This document shows positions 52,486-64,000 of a stretch of 64,000 nt of DNA, in pieces. The DNA is from Mobula hypostoma (lineage: Eukaryota). The notes beneath the pieces were generated by a model. That model had not been told where the DNA came from, did no database searches, and saw only the letters and a list, made by a program, of their open reading frames with translations. The stretch lies in the NCBI RefSeq assembly GCF_963921235.1, contig NC_086097.1:57166001-57230000 (forward strand), written 5' to 3'. Position 1 is the first letter of the stretch. Every line of letters begins with the position of its first letter. Made by a program: the position numbers and the translations under genes.

Positions 52486-55247
52486 CAACTTTGAAACCAT
52501 TCGTGTCGATTTTGCTGTTAAGAGCAGATCAGATCAGCAGAGAATGTCTCTCGAAATGTCATTTGTAGAATCTACTTTAGAGTGGCACTGTTCTTGCTTG
52601 AGGTTCTTAATAAAACCCACAAGCCAAGGCATTTTCTCATTTGAAGTTAAAGGAAGATTTCCAATCTCATACCACCTGTCACATCCTTTAAAGGTAATTG
52701 TTTTGATTCAGATGATTGAAATATTTCTAAAATGTGATCACTGTTGTAGTGTAGCTTACAACTCATATTTATTTATTTCTCCTATGTACTTTGAAACATC
52801 CAGAGAAAGGTGTCTTGTGTTGACAACCAACGCAACCTAAGGATGTGCTGGGGACAGCCCACAATTGTCATCACACATTCTGGCACCAATCTCCCCCACA
52901 ATGTTCAGTAGAACAACAGAAGCAACAACAAAACAAAATAATAACAGCAAAACAAGATGCTTTCCCACCCTGCCATCCACACACTCACACATACAGACAG
53001 GTCTCCAACCCCAGGGCAGGCTACCTTCTGTCTCTGGCCCTGAGGTCTCAGACTACAATCCTGTGTTACTGATTTTTTCCCATCTCAGCAGATTCCCTTC
53101 TACCCGATTGAGGTTCTTATTTTATTCTCTGTAAGTAAGGCTAATTTATTCAGTCATCTGCTAAAGAATATTTTCCAATTAACTACCTAGTCTGAAAGTT
53201 TTCTAAAGTATTATGTTGCATTCCTCCTTGGTGTTAGTTATAAAAGGAATAGAATGGCACTCTTTCATCGTTGTCAGTTTATTCGTTGTTCATCTGTAGT
53301 TTGAAACTACTCTCAAGCAATGTTACTAAATGGCAACCTGTTAAATTAGTTGTTTTTGAATGAAATAATTCTTGATGAATGACTACTTGCCAGCATCAGA
53401 CACCACAATAGTGGCAGCCTTTCTTATTAAAAAAATACCAATTTTCTGATAAAAGATACCTGACTAAACAATACTCAAAAATAGCAAATTATCCTCAGAT
53501 ATTTTAGTGATGCAAAACATTTCTATGAAAAAGAATTCAAAGAACCTCTTTCATTATGGAATCCATATATGAAAAATCAAATTCAAAATACCTCTATTTC
53601 AGTATAGAATACATTTGCAAGATATTATCTATTTAGCATTTTTTTTCTTTCCTGCCCTGAATCCAGACAAAACTCCTTGGTTGGCAGGGTTAAGAAAAAG
53701 TTAACTTGTTACGTTCTTGATCCAGTTGAGCTGAATTATAATAACGCTAGTTTGATGCCTCTAATCAGATGGTGCATACTCTCGGATCAATGTGATAGAA
53801 TTGCTTACAAAATAACTAATGATGGGTTTCAGATATATTAAAAATGAACATTGTAACTAACAGGTACTTTTTTAAAAAACTTCCATCAGTTCATTAACAA
53901 CTTCAGACACATGTTTTGAAAGGTTTGGGGTGGGTTTTTTGTAGGAGGATGAAGTTGCATGCAACGGAAAACTGAAGGATGAATGTGAATACCACAAGAA
54001 GATACCAAGCAAAACCTCTGACAAAATTTCTTGAATCTCAAGAAGCCAGTTAATTTTTGAAAACTATTTCTGAGAAGTTGGTGGATAGAGAAGAGAAGAA
54101 AACTTTGAATTCACCAACTTGGAACAACACTGACTTCAATCATTGCTACTGCTCATAAATGGTAGTAGGTGCAGATATCTTCCAGTAGATGGCACAATTC
54201 TGTATTTGTTTATTTGGTAACTACAATCCCAAGGAAATTGTTCCTTAAAGGTTATTAATATTTTCTAATACCAGAGCCTTCAAAAGTTAAGAATATGATC
54301 TTGATGGGAAAAGTAGGAATAATTGCCCTACTTTCTCTTGCCATGCAAGTTTTAAGTACACATAATGACACAATTATGTGTTTTGGCTTCCTTTAAGAAG
54401 TAATACTCTGCCTAATTGTTATAAATTAATTCACCTCTATCTGCATGTATGAATATGTTGATAAAATTTGTATAGCATAATGCAACGTATGCAGACCCTG
54501 CACAGCAAATATATTTTGTCAACATGGTTGATGAGAGTATTGCCACTAGGAAATCCATTGTCATAATTGCAAAAGAAAATAATAATTTTAATCCTTTGGT
54601 CCAAAGATCCTTGATTAATTTACTATCAATAGGGAAGAAAAATAAGTTCAATGTTTTTTTTAAAAGAAATTCCTGAATATCCTCACCTTTATATTGCTAT
54701 ATAATTTCTTGTATCACCATTGGATGTTTTGCACTGCATAAAATATTAAAGTGGGTGGTGTTTCTTGGAAAATGTGAACTTAAAAGTGATATTCTGTCAT
54801 TCTGTTTAGTGTTTTCCTTGTACATATAATTGGCAGTCATATTAGAGGACTATTAGCATCAATAAAATCCTTACACATGTTTCAATGGTTTTCGACCATT
54901 TTATGATTATTGTGAGGTTCAGTGATTGGTATGTACATCCTACAAAAGGCAACAAGTAGAGTGTCGTTATCGAGTCACGGTATCTATAGCACGATAAGAC
55001 AGAATCTTGGTTGAACAGTTAATCAGAAGGATAGCAACCGTGTCAGAGAGAATCTAGTTTGTTGGTTAATGTAAGAAATTCTGTTTTAAAATGATATATG
55101 TCTCTGTCTATATTATTGAATTAGACACAATTATTGATTCACTGATGTAATTGTTGCAGAACTACACTTGACTGTCAGAGCTTAGTATAGGTTTAAATCC
55201 ATAATTAGATATGAGAGTGAAACTAACGGAGACAAGCTCTTCATAGT

Positions 55248-56270
55248 TGGGCAAAGTGATGCAGCTGGTAGAGCAGCTGCCACATAGTGCTGGAAACTCA
55301 TTCAATCCTAACCTCTGTGGATTTTACATGTTCTCTTTGTGACTTCCAGGGAAGGAAACCTGGGTTTCCTCTTGGTAAATCATAGAATTGTACATTACAT
55401 TTTAATCAACCTTATTCTTATCGCCATGATGCTAATCTGTATTAGGAAGGGCAAAGAGGGATGCAGGCCTATCTAAGTACCTGTCCAAATTTATTTTGAA
55501 CAGCACACTTTGTGGAAAACTTGTTCTTCAGACCTTTAAATTTCTATCCTCTCACCTTAAACCTGTTGTGCCTTTTTTATTTCCAGACTCCCCAGCTCTG
55601 GGAAAATGACTCTGACTATCCATTCTATCTATGTCACTCATAATTGTATGAACTATTATTAGGTCACCCCTTTACGTTCCAGTGAGAATAGGCCTAACCT
55701 ATCCAATCTCATAACTAGGGTGCTCTATTCCAGGCAACATCCTGTTGTATCTCTTCTGCAGTGTCTTTGCAGCATGCTTCCTGTATTGTGGTAGCCAGAA
55801 CTGTTCAAATGTGGTCTAACTAATGATTTTTTCATCTGTGACATGACGTCCCAACTTACTCAATGCCTCGGCCTCTGTAAAGCAGGCATTCATCACTCTT
55901 TCAGCAAGCTATGGATTTGCACCCCAAAGTCCCATGCACATGCTGCTAACTTCTCTGCTATTTACTCTATATGTCGTACTATTAATTGACTTAAATTATC
56001 TCACACTTGTATAAATTAATTTCCATCTGTCACCATTCTGCCCAAGTTTACAGCTGATCTATGTCCTGCTCTATCCTTGGACAACCTTCTTCACTATCCG
56101 TAGAACCAGTTTCCTACCATGTCCCAACGATATGCTGGTTGGTAGAACACTGTAAATTGTACCTAGTTTGTAGGTGTGTGGTATAATCAAGGGAGAATAA
56201 ATTGGATTAATACGGAATTAATGAAAATGGTGCATGAATTTGGTGGGCCAAAGGGCCTGTTTCTCTCACC
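55248..56270. mobile_element. V-SINE (+) split by an old CR1 3' fragment (-, ~55381-56100)
   Basis: SINE head GATGCAGCTGGTAGAGCAGCTGCC...GGGTTTCCTC resumes at ~56108 (GTTTCCTACCATGTCCCAA...TGTAAATTGT); the intervening DNA is reverse-strand CR1 with a CATAGAA tail. Confidence 0.6.
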
Positions 56271-56999
56271 ATCTCAGTGATTGTTTAATGCATTCCTGCA
56301 ATATGGGCAATACCTGCAAGTCCAAACTTGATCATTATTCCTAATTATCTTAAGATGCTGGTGAGCTCTCTTCTTTTTATGTTGTAGTCCTCATGATGAC
56401 AATACTTCCATGTTTGATAGGGAGTTCAAGCACTGATCAAAGAACAGTAATATAATACCAAACTAGTATAGCATGACTTGATTAGGAAGTCACAAGGCAT
56501 TCTTGCTGCCCTTAGTCTTTGAGACAGTAGAATTGTTATTGATGCCAAAAGAAATTACTATGCAGCATTTTGTAAATGGTACACTACAGTGCACTGTGCT
56601 TAAGGGAACAATTGTTTAATGTTATCCTCTTGACTTTGGGCTGTGTGGAATGGGGAAAAAAGGTTTTCGGGAGTTGAGAGGAGAATCAGTTACCACAAGT
56701 TAGCTAATTCTTGACCTGGCTCTAATTTATCAGTTTAAAATTTTTGAATTAAACGTGTTTTTCTTTTTATTGTGTTATTTTCATAATATTCTGTGTCATC
56801 TGGGAAACAATTGGCACTTTTGCAAGTACTTTATGACAAAACAAACCACACCATATACATTCCCATATGAATGTTTTGTTATTCATATCAAATCTTAGTT
56901 TTACATTGTGACATTAGAGGTTATGGACATAAAGTATTTTAATTCTACCTTTTGGTCATAGGACCTCTTTTTACTTAATTCCACAGGTACATGATTTAT

Positions 57000-57805
57000 A
57001 AAAGTTGGGAGGCCACATTGTGGTTGTACAGGATTCTGCTGAGGCTGCACTTGGAGTATTGTGTTCAGTTTTTTGTTGCCTTGCTATAGGAAAGATGTTA
57101 TTAATCTAGAAAGTGTGCAGAAAAGATTTACAATTATGTTGACAGGACTTGAAGGACTGAGTTATAGAGAGATGTTGGACATGTTAATGACTTTATTCAT
57201 TGGAGCATAGGAGATTGAGAGGTGATTTTATCGAGGTGTGTAAAATCATGAGGGTCATGAATAGGGTGAATGCACTCAGGTTTTTCCCCTGGGCTGGGGA
57301 ATTAAGAACTAGAGGGCACAGGTTTAAGGTGAGAGAGGAAAGATTTAATAGGAAATTGAGTAAACTTGTTTTTCACAACATTTTTATGCAAATTCCATAA
57401 CCTACATATCACTTTCAAGGACTCTTTACAATGTATGTTCTCAGTATTATTTTTTATTTGCACAGTTTGTCTTCTTTTGCACATTGGTTGTTTGCCCATC
57501 TTTGTCTGTTATGTGTAGTTTTTTGTAAAATTCCATTTATTTTTTCTCTGTAAATACCTACAAGGTAATATATACATTTGTCTTGAATTTTGAACGAAAC
57601 GTGGTGTGTGTGTGGAATGAACTGCTGGAGAAAATAGCTGAAGCAGATACAATAACAACTTTTAAAAGACGGTTGGACGGGTACATGGATTGGATGGGTT
57701 TAGAAGGTTATGGGCCAAACACTGGCAAACAGGATTAGCTTGGATGGGACATCTTGGTCAGCAAGGACCAGTAGGACTGAATGGTTTGTTTCAATTTTCT
57801 ATTAT
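57000..57805 (+). mobile_element. Old CR1 3' fragment interrupted by a short repeat (~57390-57595)
   Basis: RLHLEYCVQF-type DNA; EHRRLRGDFIEVCKIM...RTRGHRFKV. Confidence 0.75.
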
Positions 57806-57825
57806 CTAAGTTTTTATTATTGTGC

Positions 57826-57852
57826 AGTGTGTGTGTGTGTATATATGTGTGT
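57826..57852. repeat. Short (TG)n/(TA)n microsatellite
   Basis: GTGTGTGTGTGTGTATATATGTGTGTA. Confidence 0.7.
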
Positions 57853-59451
57853 ACAATTAAAAGAAATATAGAGAGAGGACTCAAATTTTATTTTAAATTA
57901 AGACTATTAAAATGGAAGTGAAAATCATTTCAAGTAAAAATTGATAGAAGCATCGTTTTCCATCATTGGTTATGACACAGGCTGTTTTTAAATTGAGAAG
58001 AATATTGAGGTTTATGTTTTATAAACTTCAAATGAAAAGGAATCTACTAACCTTGGTGCTAATAAAAATGAAAATATTTAGGTTGCTGCTTCAGTCAATA
58101 GGTATTAATTTGCACAATATTTTAAAGATTGCATTCGTGGTTAATGAAAGTAATTTAAATTTTAATCCATTTATCAGTAGATAGTTAATCATAGTGATAC
58201 CCACAAGAAACTGAGGCCAGGCAGACGGTTCAGATTAAATATTATTAGATGCATTAATTGGATTAGACCAAAATGTACGAGGATGTAGTAGATGAAGAAG
58301 GATGAGGCTGGGGGAGATATTGGGGATGAAAATGCATTCCTGATAGAGAAAGCATGTTTATTGGGGTTAGACATGTATTAAATCTGCTCTTTGGGAATAG
58401 TTTGTTATTGGAATTCTATTTAGTAAGGAAAATACTAATAGTAATATGGATGCTGTCAATGAATGGGGTTGTATTTGTTGTAAAGCTGGTCATTGGGTAA
58501 GGGTGAAGAATTTGGTAGATGACTTATAAGCCTTGAGATGCCATTTCACCATTTATGTATTTACCAATATGTGTTACTTTTGCATCTCACACTGGACTGC
58601 TGCCACCAAACAATAAATTTCACGAAATATGTCAGTGATAATTGACATGATGATGGGGGTCATTAAGGCTGAGGTGGAGATTATTTTGTTTTATTGATTT
58701 GAATGTGTTTCTTTTGCCTAAGTTCAGTTCTGGGATTTATTATATATGGAGCTGTTTCTCATCAATCTACTATAGGCTCATTGGTTCATTTTTTTTCAGC
58801 TTTACCCTTTTTATCTTGTTAATGTATTTTGTTTCATGTTGGGCAGTATTTTGCTATCCCTGCACTGCCACCTACAGATGGAATTAAATTAGGCATGCCT
58901 ATCCCTTTTTAAAATTCTGGTTTATTGTTGATTAAACAACTATTTTGGAAAGCTTTCATTCTCTTCAGAGCAAGTATCTATGTTTTAGAAGCACAGTGTT
59001 ACCCTTAGCTGAAATGGTGGTGTTTAGGTAATGTGAGTGACAGCAGGGAGTTTTGCTTTCAGCTGTGCATTTTATTTTGTTCAAGGAAAGCAATAGTCCC
59101 ATGTGTGTCCAGCTTTTCTCTAATGATATATGCTTTTAAAATTATATTTAAAATGGTATCATTTGTGATTCTTTTACTATTCACTTTTTACTAATGGGGG
59201 TATGTTCTATTGACTTAGCATGAAAAGCTAAAACTGATTGCTGAAGTAAAATTAAAGCATGTATGTCATTTTATTTTTGATTTCAAATTAATGTGCTTAG
59301 CACTGGTAATTTAAACAAACTTTCATGGTTTTGTTTTCCACGTGGATTAGCCCCAGTACCATGACCTAGATTTACAGAGTAGACAATTATTTGTTTACTT
59401 CAGCAAATAGTGCAGGTAACTGCAACTTTGTTTTTCTTTGTTCCATTGCAG

Positions 59452-59572
59452 GAAATAGGAATTTTTTGGAAGACATTCTAAATAATCAGGAAACTCCAAC
59501 AAGTGAGATGCATGCTGTACAGAGGTCCAGTGTTGCCATGACGACTGCCGGCAGATATCCAGAAAGGTCCAG
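59452..59572 (+). CDS. KIAA0586: Internal coding exon (third in window) of KIAA0586/TALPID3-like gene; phase 1 to 2
   Basis: Strong acceptor tttgtttttctttgttccattgcag|GAA; donor CCAG|gtaaaa; 121 nt. Joined to 13392 it reads GQ|GNRNFLEDILNNQETPTSEM...YPERS, resembling recalled human 'HR|GNVRLLEQILNNNDSLT'. Confidence 0.88.
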
Positions 59573-62500
59573 GTAAAAAAAAAATCACTGTTAGCTTCAT
59601 GTTCTCAGCAATGTTTTTTCCATAATAGGAATTAACTGAGTATATATACTCCAGCTGCAAAGCCATAGACTCTTTGGCTTTGAGGCTTTCTAATGCTAAA
59701 TATGTGTGGTGCAAATACCTAATGAAAGTGAACTCAATTATTTTTTTGCTTCTCAAACCGAGATAGGAGACTAGATTACAAGGCCATTCTGATATCCTGT
59801 TTCTATGGTTACCGTAACGGCATTTATCAGTTCCTTATGAGAGAAGGCAAAGCAAATCTGTATGCACGTGGCAAGGTTCCAGCATTTCAATTGAAAAAGC
59901 ACTTTGAACTGCTGCCAAGTTTATAAGAAGCATAGCTGTCAAGCCTGCTTAATGCTGGCAGTTTGTACTTGGCAAGCTTTCATTTCCCATCATTCTTCAT
60001 TTGGCTATTCTCCATGTACTTAGCGGAAGCTAAAAATTAACCCATGAAGTTGATTGCACAAACTGAGGTTTTTTAATTTCCATTGCTATTTAGTGCAGTT
60101 TAAATTATGGTAAGAAACACAAGGTCAAAATAAAATAAATAACCATTTTCAGTTTCTGTTAGCTGATACATTATTTCAAATTTTCCAAAATAGATGTTTC
60201 AATAGTGATGTAGATTGTTTTTCTGTTTGCATACAGTTTTAAAATGAGTGCAACAGGGAGATGAGCATTATTTCTCTTAAATGTTAGATTTTTTGTGGAC
60301 TGTCCACAGTTTCTAGAAACATAATAGGTTTATTACAGGGTGGGGGGGTGCAGAGAGAGTTATTAAAAAAATATGCTGGCATTTCAACTGGATTAGATAA
60401 TCCCGTCTGCTATTTACCAGTTTCTGGTATAAATGGATTCAAAATTGTTACTCTGGCAGCTGGAAGGAGCTCAGGAAAATTATGCTTGGCACAGAATGTA
60501 AAGAAAGGCTTCTATAAAACCAAGTGCATTATCTGCAGGATGTTTGTGCTGCACCATGAGAGAGTTGTTCATTGTTCTTTCCTTTTTCACCAAAGTATAT
60601 TAAGTAATCCTGAATATTTTTATAGTGTGCTCATTGAATGGTGATAATTTTCATCCACTGTTTTAAATTATGAAATTTTTCTTCATCCATGGCTGTGTAT
60701 GTGTGGAATTCAATATGCACATTGATTTTAAATACTTGAATTTGTACCTCCAGTGAAAAGTGTATGTTAAAATCAGGTTACTTTATTATAAAGACATCAG
60801 TCACCATAATATTGTTTTGCGATTTAGTTTATTCATTGACTTGTAACTGGGAAATACAATTTTCACATTTCCATATACAGAAAGAATATTGAGTTGAACC
60901 AAGGAATAATTCGATATAAGAAATGACCATCAAGTTCAGTAACTGAGCAGCATTGTGGCTTTAATTTATTTTCATTCAACTATGTAATTTCTTTTTGAAA
61001 GTTCTCTTGAATAAGTTGTCATCACTCTTTTGAGGCATGTATTCCAAATCCATCCTTGTTGCATAAAAATATATATTCTTGTGTTGTTGCATATAATCAA
61101 TGTAAATCTGTCTTTTAAGTGTCTTTTTTTTAATCACGAGCAGTTTCTTCTTATTTATTCTAACATAATTATTTTTAAAATATGCATAAAATCTCTTAAC
61201 ATCTTTAAGGAGAACACGCTCCAAGTTTTTCCTGTATTACTCAAATCCTTCATTCTTGCTATGAATATAATAAATATCTTCTACATTTTCTCCAAGATGT
61301 TGATACGCTTCAGTAAGAAGAGTCTAACCCTACACATAACAAATTTGGCAAAGTCTAACATGAAGTTTTACTAGTACTACTTTCACTATATGCTTTTAAT
61401 TGTCAAGCCAAAAGTTTCATATTTTAATGATCTTCTCAACTTAAAATGCCACCTACAAAGATTTTTCTGAATAAAGTGTTTGTTTCTGCATCCTCTGAAG
61501 ATAGTAACATATGATTTACAGTCCTTCTGATTCTGCTACCAAAAATGTATTGCTTTACTTTGTGATGCTAAATTTAATTGGCTATGTGCCTGCCAGTTTC
61601 ATTTGTCTATCTATATCTACCTGAAGTCCATTACTGTGCTTTCCATTTTACAGTACTTTTCTAATTTACAAATTACCTGCAAGTTTGGCATGGTACCCTG
61701 CAAGTCATTAATATACACACAAAAAAAAGCAATGATTCTTATGCTCATCTGAGTTACCAGTGAACTCTCTCCCTACTGAAACAACTATTCAACCCGGTGC
61801 TTTGCTTTCTGATCCTTTAATCCTATAGATTTTCTTTCATTAAATTACTCTTGAATGTGTATATAAAAATAAAATCAACCACATTCCCTCAACAACTCTA
61901 CAATACCTCAAATTAATCAAATGCAGTTTGATTGCAACAGATGTACTAATTTCCATTGATACATTTGTACTTTTTACAGGTGTCAATTTTTTTTTGTCTC
62001 AAGGTTGATCTTTTATGCATCATGTACTATTTCATCTCTTCAATTTTGTCATATACATTGACTAAAAATGTATTCTTCATGTTTATCTACAACATGTATT
62101 CTTAAGACATTTGTTTTACCTATAGGCTTACCTCATTTTCAGTTATGAGTGTTCAGATTTTACTTTTTCCTTCGCTTAACTTTTCTTGAAAACGTTATAA
62201 AATTACAATAATTTTTGATCTCTTTATAGAAATTTGTTTTTGCAGAAATTGAAAGTTATTGGTTCTTTATTTACTAGGAATAAGTAGTACAAATAATTTT
62301 TTTATCTTTGCAGCATAGTGAATTGCTTTGATTTGAAGGTTTATGCTATGGGAAAGCAAATGCTATTCAAAGCAAAGCCAGATGATTTCATTGTGCGTAG
62401 TTTGTCGTACAAATTAAACACACTCAGCTTCCAGGCAATTTGTGCATTAAACATAGCTTTTTTAATTTTTTGTATGTAAATGAAATTATTCTTTTCATTC

Positions 62501-62599
62501 TTTTGGGAAGGCTTGTGTGTTTAGGCATTTAATATTACAGGAAATGAATCTATTTAAGTATCCTTTTATCGTGGGAACCTACATTCAAACCCAACCATA

Positions 62600-63230
62600 C
62601 TGATGAAGAAATAAAACCAGAAAGTGATGGAAACACTCGCCGGTCAAGCAACATTTATGGAGAGCAAAACATACTTTAGAACATAGCACATAGAACAGTA
62701 CATCACAGCAAAAGCCCCTTAGCCCACGATGTTCTGTTGACCTTGTAACCTACTCCAAGATCAACCTAACCTTTCCTTCCCACAAAGCCCTCCATTTTTA
62801 TTTCATTCATGTGCCCATCTAGGAGTCTCTTAAATATCCCTAATGTGTAAAGTGAAGGACAAGTTAGTTGCAGTGAGGTTGGTGGAGGGATGAATAAAAC
62901 ACAGAAAATATTCTAATATGGTAAGGCCAGGGATACCATGGTGAGAAACTGGTTGATAGATTAATAAAGACAGATAGAGATGGAGTACAGAAACAAAGAG
63001 GCATGTAAAAGCTACAAAATACAGGGCTGAGAAAATGCCCACTAGGTCAGGTTGTGTTGATGAAGGGAGAAATCTTAGATCGATGATCTACAGCAGTCCT
63101 GCTCACTTTCTGTACAGAACTGCCTAATGTTGCTCAATTCAGTACTGAGACAAGGTGCAACTTGGGTCTTGTTATAATAGTGCTGGAGGCCACAGATGAA
63201 GAATTGAACTGACAAATGATGACGAAATTA
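62600..63230 (-). mobile_element. Decayed Penelope-like remnant with an inserted CR1 tail (~62678-62845)
   Basis: GGAAACACTCGCCGGTCAAGCAACATTTATGGAG resembles Penelope termini; AGAACATAGCACATAGAACAGTACATCACAG is a reverse CR1 tail. Confidence 0.45.
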
Positions 63231-64000
63231 GAAAAAAAAACAAATTCAATTCCTGTACACAGTCTGCGGTTAAGCTGGGATGTGCAACATTAAAACTGCC
63301 CATTATTCAACATTAATACATCCATGCTAACAAGAACACCTACGATTGGAAGTAGAAATTTCCACTGATACTGAGTACTCTTATGCTGGGGTTAATGCAT
63401 ATTGTTGTAGCTGAGCAAAGGTGATTTTTAAAAATACATTTAATCCCTACTATAATATAAAAGTGGACACAATGTTATTCTTTAGTATTGAAAACAACAA
63501 ACATGTTCAACTCCGGGATCGTGAATATTCATGGCTGCACTCAAAATCACGCCAGGCATTGGAAGTTTATTGATAATAGTATGTTGCCTCACTCCCTAGA
63601 TTTATCTCAGTAGTTTTAGTGTAATGTGTATTATATATTTTAGGAGTACTCAAGTTGATTATGGCAGCTTAGAGTCATTGTGTGCAAAGAACCATAGAGT
63701 GTGGTGCATATATAAATGTATATTTAATATTTACTTTGTATAAAATCCAGTGTGCGAGTATGAAATAGCTTGTACCAGCATCAACATTCTGACTCACTGG
63801 ATCTTTGTTCTATTTTTATTCAGCTATCTAACATCAAAATTCATTTAGGGAGGGCATTAAACTCAAATTCTTTCTGATAATGGCTGATCATTTAGATCGC
63901 AAAATTTTAACGATCCATATAGCTAATGTGTCCAACAACACTCTCCTGGAGCTGCTGTCATTCCCAGTTTTTCTGCTATTGCTGTTGTTAACATACACTA

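Noticed and set aside
62314..62470. Acceptor-like ttttttatctttgcag with an open phase-2 frame
   Set aside because: The translation does not resemble what I recall of TALPID3 and there is no convincing donor. RNA-seq would be needed to support it.
63824..63880. Strong acceptor (ttctatttttattcag) as the next KIAA0586 exon
   Set aside because: In the required phase 2 it reaches TAG after a few codons, with no recognisable similarity.

Overview
Eukaryotic, AT-rich genomic DNA, largely made up of recognisable transposable elements. The repeat spectrum (abundant CR1 LINEs with a zinc-finger/SGNH-esterase ORF1, Rex1/Babar LINEs, HE1/V-type SINEs, Penelope-like elements) points to a cartilaginous fish, probably a ray or skate; this is inference. 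The only host gene I can support is three consecutive, phase-compatible coding exons on the + strand (10733-10937, 13225-13392, 59452-59572). Their spliced translation resembles the centriolar/ciliogenesis protein KIAA0586/TALPID3, compared with the human sequence from memory. The window therefore appears to lie inside this gene, and the last two exons are separated by a 46,059-bp intron packed with insertions. Elements include a full-length L1 with a 16-bp TSD, a full-length CR1 hosting a nested CR1 and a Penelope hairpin, a palindromic mariner-derived MITE, a degenerate Tx1-like LINE and many truncated LINEs. The most notable signals are minimal hammerhead-ribozyme cores in the Penelope terminal repeats, short TSD-flanked Penelope-derived hairpin insertions, a fold-back inverted duplication at a CR1 5' end, and paired RFX X-box-like motifs at the third exon. 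I found no evidence of a wholly new protein-coding system. Boundaries of degenerate repeats are approximate.
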